A stretch of DNA of 64,000 nt from Candidatus Dadabacteria bacterium. GTDB lineage: Bacteria; Desulfobacterota_D; UBA1144; Nemesobacterales; UBA2774. Below are positions 57,802 to 64,000 of the stretch, one piece after another. The stretch covers positions 2,732 to 66,731 of the forward strand of contig JADLGH010000007.1 in the NCBI GenBank assembly GCA_020849425.1, in the 5' to 3' direction. The notes beneath the pieces are model-generated. The model had not been told where the DNA came from, made no database searches, and was given only the letters and a program-made list of their open reading frames with translations. The position numbers and the translations under genes are program-made. The number at the start of each line of letters is the position of its first letter. Within the stretch, counting starts at the first letter, position 1.

Positions 57802-59310
57802 ATGTACGGAAGATTTGCAGGACTCGATATAGGAAAGAAGGAAGTAAGGATTGCCTTAATTAACAGAGGATTAAGAGAAGTCCAGCTCCTTCAGACCATA
57901 CGCGCCGAAATCGGCGACGACCCGACAGGGACGCAAGAGAACTCCTTAGGCAACGTATTCAGGGAATATTCCCTTCCGAGGGGTGACGTGGCCGTCTCTC
58001 TTACGGACGACCCGGTATCGGTAAGGGTGATGAAGTTCCCCTTTTCGGATCCGAAGAAGATAGACCAGGTCTACGAGTTCGAGCTCGAAAATATCTCGAC
58101 GTTCGAGCCCCAGGAAAAGATACACACGTACCATTTTATAAAGAACGCCACCGGCGGCGAGGCCCTTGTCTGCGTCTTCGAAAAAGAGGACGTGGAAGGT
58201 ATCCTCGCGCGCCTTAACGAAGAAGGAATAGACCCCAAGATTCTAACCTACACGCCCGCGGCCTTCGGATCGCTGGCGGATATAGTCGAAGGGCAGAGGC
58301 CGCTCGTACTGGTCGATATCGGCGAGCGGGAAATGAGCTTTACGCTCTTCGGGGATTCGGGGTTCAAGCGCGGAAGGTCCTCGGCGAGGGCGATTGCGCT
58401 CTTTATGGAGAACCTGGGCGCGTCGGGCGGCGGGGGCGAAGAAGACAGGTTCGGATTTTCGAAGGGAAAACCGGAGCACGCAGAAAGCGCTCACATGAAA
58501 GAGGCCCTTTCGCCGATCGTAAGCGAGATTAGAAAGACCGTTCAGTTCTTCGAAAACGAGACTAAGGACAAGGTGAAGACGATACTCGTTTCGGGCTCGA
58601 TGTCGCGTATACAGGGGCTCACCGAGCTCTTGAAAAAAGAGATCGGAAGGGACGTGAAGAAGCTCTTCATCCCGGACCTCGGCGTCGATAACTCGCCCCT
58701 TTACGCCAAGGCCTACGCGCTTGCGCTTTACGGCGGCTCTTACAGGGGGGGCTATCTCAATTTCAGAAAAGACCAGTTTAAGTACCAGGGTGCGGACCGC
58801 GAGCTCCGTAAGGTGTTCATGGTCCCGGCCGTCCTGTTCGTTGTGCTCGTGGCCCTGCTCTTGTATAGCATGACGTCCAGGTATTTCGAGCTCAAGGATC
58901 AGGTAGGCGTGCTCGAGGCCCAGGTGGCGCGAGAGGTGAAGGAGACCTTCCCCGACGTTCAGACGATCCCGCGCCCCGCGGAGTATATGCAGTCCGAGGT
59001 CGCGAAGGTGAGGGAAAGGCTCAGCATGATAGAGGGCGTCGAGGGGGCGAGCACCCCGCTCGAAATCCTGAGAAGTCTTTCGAGCAGTCTCCCGCCCGGA
59101 ATGAGTCTCAGGGTGAACGACATAAAGATCGAAGGAAGTAACGGCGTAAAGGTGCAGGGGCTCTGCGATTCGTATCAGGAAGTGGCCGAGATAGAGGAGG
59201 CCCTCTCCAAGTCGGGCAGGTTCGAATCCGTAATCAGGAATCAGACGGGTAACGCCGTCGACGGAAAGACGAAATTCGAGATATCCCTGGTGCTGAAGCG
59301 CGAGACATAG
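57802..59310 (+). CDS. GspL/PilM-like actin-fold assembly protein with TM segment and periplasmic domain
   Basis: N-terminal GLDIGKKEVRIAL actin-like ATPase fold, a TM helix (VPAVLFVVLVALLLY) near residue 345, and a ~140 aa periplasmic C-terminus. Confidence 0.5.
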   Translation: MYGRFAGLDIGKKEVRIALINRGLREVQLLQTIRAEIGDDPTGTQENSLGNVFREYSLPRGDVAVSLTDDPVSVRVMKFPFSDPKKIDQVYEFELENISTFEPQEKIHTYHFIKNATGGEALVCVFEKEDVEGILARLNEEGIDPKILTYTPAAFGSLADIVEGQRPLVLVDIGEREMSFTLFGDSGFKRGRSSARAIALFMENLGASGGGGEEDRFGFSKGKPEHAESAHMKEALSPIVSEIRKTVQFFENETKDKVKTILVSGSMSRIQGLTELLKKEIGRDVKKLFIPDLGVDNSPLYAKAYALALYGGSYRGGYLNFRKDQFKYQGADRELRKVFMVPAVLFVVLVALLLYSMTSRYFELKDQVGVLEAQVAREVKETFPDVQTIPRPAEYMQSEVAKVRERLSMIEGVEGASTPLEILRSLSSSLPPGMSLRVNDIKIEGSNGVKVQGLCDSYQEVAEIEEALSKSGRFESVIRNQTGNAVDGKTKFEISLVLKRET

Positions 59311-59312
59311 AC

Positions 59313-59912
59313 ATGGAATTAGGCTCTTTAACCGAGAATATAAACAAGGCGGTGAGGTCCGCCCGCGAAAGACTGGCGCAGATTTCATCGACGGAGCGCG
59401 ACAGGAGGGCTGTAATAATAGGCGCCGCCGGGCTCTGTCTCCTCATTCTTTATATAATATTTCATTCGATTTCCTCGGGTACGGACAGGCTCGAGAAAAG
59501 GGTCGCCCAGCTCGAAACGGAGCTCGGGAAGATACAGGAGCTAAAAACAGAATACGAAGATTCACAGAAAAAAATCGCGGTTCTTTCCAGCAAGATAAGG
59601 GAAGAAAACGAGCCGCTCATATCGATAGTCGAGCAGATACTCCTTTCGGAAAATCTCGACAGAAAGAACTTCTCGATAAGGGACGTTAACCTCCGGACCT
59701 CGGACTCGGAAGATTTTTACGAGGAGAGGAGCATAGACGTCGAGCTCAAGAACATCTCGCTCAAGGACTTTGTGGACGTGCTGTACAAGATTCAGAATGC
59801 GCCGTCCTTTCTCAAGGTGTCGAACCTTAACCTGAGCACGAGATTCGACAGATCCGATTCCCTTACCGTCAAGCTCCGGGTCTCCACGTTCCGGTTTAAA
59901 GAGGTAACCTGA
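59313..59912 (+). CDS. GspM/PilO-like bitopic inner-membrane protein
   Basis: A short cytoplasmic N-terminus, one TM helix (VIIGAAGLCLLILYIIF), a coiled coil and a periplasmic domain. Start is 3 nt after the preceding stop. Confidence 0.4.
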   Translation: MELGSLTENINKAVRSARERLAQISSTERDRRAVIIGAAGLCLLILYIIFHSISSGTDRLEKRVAQLETELGKIQELKTEYEDSQKKIAVLSSKIREENEPLISIVEQILLSENLDRKNFSIRDVNLRTSDSEDFYEERSIDVELKNISLKDFVDVLYKIQNAPSFLKVSNLNLSTRFDRSDSLTVKLRVSTFRFKEVT

Positions 59913-59913
59913 A

Positions 59914-60810
59914 ATGAAAGAGAAAATAAAAAAATATAAACACATAAAGCCCGTATCGTATACGCTCTTCTTCCTGGTCGTATTCACGCTGTTTTTATTC
60001 ATGACCTTTCCGGGCGACGTAATAAAGAAGCGCATAATCGCCGAGATAGAAAGCAATACTCCGTATAAGGCCGACATCCAGAACGTAAGGGTCTCGCCTC
60101 TTTTGAAGATAAACATGGAGGGGGTAAAGCTCTCGAGGGCGAACTCTGTTTTCCTCGAGCTCGAAAACCTCGATCTCAGCCCTTCGCCGCTTTCGGTTTT
60201 CTCCGATAACCCCAAAGTACCGTTCACGGCGAAGCTCTGGGGCGGCGAGATAAGCGGAAGCATCCGGATCAATAAAACGACCGGCCGCGTAAGCGAGCTC
60301 GACGCGACGCTCGAGAGCGTGAGAATAAACTCCGTCCCGTCTCTTTTTTCCGAGGAGGCCGAAAAATCGCTCTCACTTGGCGGGGTGATAGACGGGGAGG
60401 TTAACCTCGTTATGATCCCCCCGGCGAGCGGGGATATACAGTTCGAAATAACGGGGCTCAAGCTCGAAAACATGAAGTTAAAGGGCATCACTCTCCCGAA
60501 CCTGACGGACCTCACGTCCATGTTCAAGGGCACCATCGAGGGCGACATGACCAGGATAGATCAGTTCAGGATCGCGGGCGCGGATATAGACCTCGACATA
60601 ACGGGCACGACGCCGCTTCCCTGGGAGATACAAAACGGCGGGGTAATAGATATCGGCTACAGCCTTCAGATGAAGGGCGGACCGATGGCGAAGTACAAGG
60701 GCCTCCTCTCGCCCTACCTCGCGACGCAGAGGGACGGCAGCCTCGGCGGCAAGATACTCGGCACCGTCGCGAACCCGAGGTTCGAGCAGGGGTCCATAAC
60801 CAGATTCTGA
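59914..60810 (+). CDS. GspN-like (type II secretion system protein N family) membrane-anchored periplasmic protein
   Basis: N-terminal TM anchor followed by a beta-rich periplasmic domain. Start 2 nt after the previous stop, so the three genes form a coupled operon. Confidence 0.4.
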   Translation: MKEKIKKYKHIKPVSYTLFFLVVFTLFLFMTFPGDVIKKRIIAEIESNTPYKADIQNVRVSPLLKINMEGVKLSRANSVFLELENLDLSPSPLSVFSDNPKVPFTAKLWGGEISGSIRINKTTGRVSELDATLESVRINSVPSLFSEEAEKSLSLGGVIDGEVNLVMIPPASGDIQFEITGLKLENMKLKGITLPNLTDLTSMFKGTIEGDMTRIDQFRIAGADIDLDITGTTPLPWEIQNGGVIDIGYSLQMKGGPMAKYKGLLSPYLATQRDGSLGGKILGTVANPRFEQGSITRF

Positions 60811-60858
60811 TACACGCCCGGTCGGGGCTGCCGGCCGCTTCCGGAAAGTAGGGCGTCC

Positions 60859-61125
60859 ATGAACGAAAAAGAGCTTGAAAAAGGGCGTCTGGCCGAAGGA
60901 TTCTCCGGGATATTCGTCCACAGGGACGGCCCGGGCGCCGGCTATCCCGACCATACGCACGGCGGCGTTACGGCCCACATAGTTCTCGAAGGCGAGATAA
61001 CGATAACGAGTGAGGGCTTAACAGTCACCTACGGCCCCGGGGAGAGGTTCGACGTTCCCGCCGGCGCCGTCCATTCGGCCGTCACAGGCGGCTCGGGCTG
61101 CCGCTACATGATAGGGGAGAAGTAG
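60859..61125 (+). CDS. small cupin-domain protein
   Basis: HTHGGVTAHIVLEGEI...GAVHSAVT, a two-His cupin motif. Length 88 aa. Confidence 0.5.
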   Translation: MNEKELEKGRLAEGFSGIFVHRDGPGAGYPDHTHGGVTAHIVLEGEITITSEGLTVTYGPGERFDVPAGAVHSAVTGGSGCRYMIGEK

Positions 61126-61264
61126 CGCGCCGGCCCGGCCTTCATACACCCTCCCGCTTACGCTGATTCACTGTTTCTGCATATATCCCCGGGTTCTCTG
61201 TATGGCGGATTCATATTTGAAGTGCGGCGGACCGGAGAATGAGTAGAGTACTTCAGCCGGGGTT

Positions 61265-61596
61265 CTAAAGCCGGGACATTTTCCTATTCCCGGGCACCGC
61301 CCGCCGCATCAGTCGTGAAACCCGCCGCCGCGCTACCGGGCCTGATCGTCTGCGTAGGCGGGCAGCTCCGCCGGCCGTTCCTTCTTGCTTCCACGATATC
61401 GCCCCGGCCGCGCGATCCATACTTGCTGCAATTTGCCGGACCGTTTTACCGCTTTCTCGCATACGGGCAATCGTGCAGCGATCCTCCGGCGAGAGTTGCT
61501 CGTATCTTCTTCCCATAGTGACAACACCTTGGCGCGGTGTTGCGCTTCGTTTGTGAACTTAACGATTCGGTACTTCGCGCCCGATGCTTCCTTCAC
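61265..61596 (-). pseudogene. degenerate IS30-like transposase N-terminal (HTH) fragment
   Basis: Two overlapping minus-strand frames carry pieces resembling the IS30 N-terminal HTH (LSPEDRCTIARMRESGKTVRQIAASMDRAAGAIS and RRRIAARLPVCEKAVKR). No catalytic DDE domain is present and no inverted repeats were identified. Confidence 0.3.
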
Positions 61597-61637
61597 GAGG
61601 CTCCTTTGTGCTATTCTTTTCCGAGGAGGTGACCGTT

Positions 61638-62153
61638 ATGCGAATAAGGGCTTTGATTACGGGCGTTTCGCTCGTCGCCGTTCTGTGCCTCGTCTGGGCT
61701 CTCCCGCTCGTCGCCGAAAAGAATGCCGAGCCGGAGCAGGAGATGAAGATTAAGGGGCTCGGATTCGACCAGCTTGCGCAGACGCCGGTCGTCCTTTTGG
61801 GGAACGAGAAAGAGACCCTGCTCCCTATATGGATAGGCCTCTGCGAGGCGAGGTCCATTGAAATCGGTCTGTCCGGAATCGTCCCTCCGCGCCCCCTTAC
61901 GTACGACATGGTGGCGGCGATGGTGAGGACGATGAACGCCGAGGTCAGGAGGGTCGTAATCACCGACGTGAGGGACCGGGTCTTTTACGCGCAGGTGGAG
62001 ATGTCGGTCGGAGGGAAGGTGTCGCGGATAGACACGCGCCCGAGCGACGCCATCGCTCTCGCCGCCCGTATGGAATCCCCGATATTCGTCAGAAACGCGG
62101 TCATCGAGAAGGCCGCGCTGCTGGATTCGGACGTCGTCAGGGAGGAGCTCTAG
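61638..62153 (+). CDS. bifunctional-nuclease (BFN/DUF151) domain protein with N-terminal signal/TM
   Basis: ATG 61638 follows GAGGAGGTG. DUF151-like core VVLLGNEKETLLPIWIGLCEARSI...DAIALAARMESPIFV. Confidence 0.55.
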   Translation: MRIRALITGVSLVAVLCLVWALPLVAEKNAEPEQEMKIKGLGFDQLAQTPVVLLGNEKETLLPIWIGLCEARSIEIGLSGIVPPRPLTYDMVAAMVRTMNAEVRRVVITDVRDRVFYAQVEMSVGGKVSRIDTRPSDAIALAARMESPIFVRNAVIEKAALLDSDVVREEL

Positions 62154-62217
62154 GTGGTTTCCGCCATGTATGCGGCGCCCCGCCGGCACTACCTGCTCCG
62201 TACGCCCGGGGGGCTTA

Positions 62218-62246
62218 TTGACATATATTTTTACTGTCGCTATCAT
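62218..62246 (+). promoter_or_regulatory. sigma-70 promoter TTGACA-N17-TATCAT upstream of pheA
   Basis: TTGACA at 62218-62223 and TATCAT at 62241-62246, about 30 nt before the pheA ATG. Confidence 0.45.
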
Positions 62247-62275
62247 TCTCATCAAACTGCATTAACCGATCGATA

Positions 62276-63364
62276 ATGGGCTCCTCTGAAGATCTCCGGA
62301 AATTAAGAAAAAAGATAGACGATCTCGACGCCGAAATACTCGCGCTCCTGAACAGGCGCGCCGAGGTCGCCATCGGAATAAGGGAGCATAAGAAGGAGAA
62401 CTTCGTTTGTGTTTACGACCCCAAAAGGGAAAAAGAGATTGAAAAGAAGCTGAGGCGGCTGAATGCGGGGCCCCTTCCGGACGATTCCGTCCTCAGCGTG
62501 TACAGGGAAATAATCTCGGCGTGCCGGGCGCTTCAGTATCCGCTCAGGGTTTCGTACCTGGGCCCGGAGGGGAGCTTCACGCACCAGGCCGCTTACAACG
62601 AATTCGGCGGCTCGTCAGAGCTCGTCCCCGCCGGGAGCTTCGACGAGATATTCGACGAGGTCGAAACCGGCCGGGCGTCCGTGGGCGTCGTACCCGTGGA
62701 GAATTCGAACGAAGGCTCCGTAGGCACCGTGCTAGACCTCCTCTCGGCTTCGAGTCTCACCGTTTCGGCCGAGCTGTTCGAGAAGATAAATCACTTTCTT
62801 CTTTCCAGGTCCGACAGGCTGAGCGGCGTCAGGGTGGTCGCGTCGCATCCGCAGGCGCTGGCCCAGTCGAAGAAGTGGATAAATAAAAAACTGCCCGGCG
62901 CGAAGATAAGGGAAACGTCGAGCACGGCCGAAGCGGCAAGGCTCGCTTCGCGGAGTAAAGATATAGGGGCAGTCGCCGGGCTCCATTCGGCTTCCATCTA
63001 CAGGCTGAACGTGCTCGGAAAGAATATCGCCAACAGTAAACGCAACACCACCAGGTTTTTCGTAATCGGCCGCCAGATGAGCCCGCCCTCGGGGGACGAC
63101 AGGACGTCCATCGTTTTTTCCCTGAAAGATAAGCCCGGCGAGCTCCAGAAGGTTTTCTTCCAGCCCTTCGCCGAGGCCGGCGTAAACCTTACCAAGATAG
63201 AATCGCGGCCCTCGAAGGAAAATCCCTGGGAATACCTCTTCTTTGTCGACTTCAAGGGGCACCGTGATGAAAAGCCTATCGAAAAGCTCCTGGCGAAGCT
63301 CACGGTCAACAGCATTTACCTTAGGGTTCTCGGCTCCTATCCGGTCAGCGACCCGGGAAGGTAG
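62276..63364 (+). CDS. pheA: bifunctional chorismate mutase / prephenate dehydratase (P-protein)
   Basis: An N-terminal CM domain (LRKLRKKIDDLDAEILALLNRRAEVA), then a PDT domain (VSYLGPEGSFTHQAA...VPVENSNEGSV) and a C-terminal ACT domain with ESRPSK. Confidence 0.85.
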   Translation: MGSSEDLRKLRKKIDDLDAEILALLNRRAEVAIGIREHKKENFVCVYDPKREKEIEKKLRRLNAGPLPDDSVLSVYREIISACRALQYPLRVSYLGPEGSFTHQAAYNEFGGSSELVPAGSFDEIFDEVETGRASVGVVPVENSNEGSVGTVLDLLSASSLTVSAELFEKINHFLLSRSDRLSGVRVVASHPQALAQSKKWINKKLPGAKIRETSSTAEAARLASRSKDIGAVAGLHSASIYRLNVLGKNIANSKRNTTRFFVIGRQMSPPSGDDRTSIVFSLKDKPGELQKVFFQPFAEAGVNLTKIESRPSKENPWEYLFFVDFKGHRDEKPIEKLLAKLTVNSIYLRVLGSYPVSDPGR

Positions 63365-63450
63365 CGCTTCCCGCCCACTTGCCGCTATCCGTTTTTCCGG
63401 AATATCTTCGGGCCGATCCGTGGCCGGACAACCCGCGGGATTCTTCGGAT

Positions 63451-64000
63451 TTATACCTTGTCGTGATCACTCGGGACGAGGTCGTCGGGAGATATCCGGT
63501 AGCTATAGGGAAGGTTTATGCTGAACTTGCTTCCTGCGCCTTCTTCGCTCTGAACGTCGATTTTTCCGCCGTGCATCAATACGATGTGTTTTACGATACT
63601 GAGGCCGAGACCTGTACCCCCGAGATTGCGGGACCGCGTCTTGTCCACCCTGTAAAATCTCTCGAATATTCTCGGAAGATGCTCCTTCGGTATCCCTATC
63701 CCGTTATCCTCTATTTCCGTCAGCACGGCGCCGTCCGAAGACGATATTCTGATGTCTATCTTGCCACCCTCCGGCGTGTACTTGACCGCGTTGTCTATGA
63801 GATTTATGAACATCTGCTCGAGGAGAAACCTGCTCGCTTTTATACGGCTGGAGTCTTTGTCCATGCTGAGCGATACTTCGAGACCCTTTTCGGCGGCCGT
63901 CGACCTGAGCGCTTCGAGCGAGGATTTTATCACTTCGTTTACGTTGATCTCCTCGACGTCGGCATCGACCGCGTCTCCGAAGGCGGTGTCCCTGCTCTCG
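63451..64000 (-). CDS. sensor histidine kinase (3' portion; gene continues beyond window end)
   Basis: HATPase_c motifs NLIDNAVKYT (N box), DNGIGIP (G1) and GGTGLGLSIV (G2). The frame is open to position 64000. Confidence 0.75.
   Translation of the reverse strand, partial: ESRDTAFGDAVDADVEEINVNEVIKSSLEALRSTAAEKGLEVSLSMDKDSSRIKASRFLLEQMFINLIDNAVKYTPEGGKIDIRISSSDGAVLTEIEDNGIGIPKEHLPRIFERFYRVDKTRSRNLGGTGLGLSIVKHIVLMHGGKIDVQSEEGAGSKFSINLPYSYRISPDDLVPSDHDKV

Noticed and set aside
60478-60978. 166-aa minus-strand ORF spanning the GspN-like 3' end and the cupin gene
   Set aside because: It overlaps two plus-strand genes that have RBSs and family motifs, and its translation is Arg/Ala/Pro-rich.
1-64000. 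Genome-wide reassignment of TAG as a sense codon
   Set aside because: TAG terminates several intact, well-conserved genes in the window (ybgF-like at 1377-1379, slt at 13417-13419, hisH, ybeY at 15192-15194). The standard code applies.
1-64000. CRISPR arrays
   Set aside because: No regularly spaced direct repeats of 25-40 nt were seen anywhere in the window.

Overview
This is a GC-rich bacterial chromosomal segment, roughly 62% GC by eye, that carries the replication origin region (dnaA-dnaN with DnaA-box clusters). Deltaproteobacteria-like features include two sigma-54 enhancer-binding proteins, GspL/M/N-like proteins and an imelysin/di-heme module. About 65 coding regions are supportable.

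Housekeeping genes present:
- a YbgF/CpoB-like protein and a Pal-like OmpA protein
- queF, slt, hisB-hisH, ybeY, thiL and two tandem CorC/CNNM paralogs
- comM/yifB, comF and pheA
- one tRNA-Gln(CTG) and a 3'-partial histidine kinase

Accessory content, in window order:
1. A heme-copper oxidase locus (sco, subunit I, subunit II with CuA). Subunit I lacks the cross-link tyrosine (GHTIANE in place of GHPEVY) and sits divergent from an Rrf2 (NsrR-like) regulator and a hemerythrin-like gene, so it is a putative NO-reductase-type enzyme.
2. An RND efflux pair whose adaptor gene carries an in-frame TAG.
3. A sulfide/persulfide detoxification cluster: ArsR/BigR-like regulator, rhodanese-YgaP, an MBL-rhodanese-rhodanese fusion and a TauE exporter.
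4. Two paralogous GAF-PAS sigma-54 activators, each beside a class I SAM methyltransferase with a recognisable -24/-12 promoter.
5. An imelysin / di-heme cytochrome / outer-membrane barrel cluster behind a Fur-box-like promoter.

The most unusual element is a ~3.7 kb low-GC island at 32.2-35.9 kb. It carries a three-gene operon: a triple beta-grasp (multi-ubiquitin-like) protein, a small Cys-containing protein that may be E2-like, and a JAB/MPN-E1 fusion. Divergently it encodes an XRE-HTH plus ImmA/IrrE metallopeptidase pair. This architecture matches prokaryotic ubiquitin-like conjugation (Bil/Bub-like) anti-phage systems under CapH/CapP-type control.

A glycosyltransferase family 2 gene next to the island carries a second in-frame TAG. 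TAG is otherwise an ordinary stop in this window.
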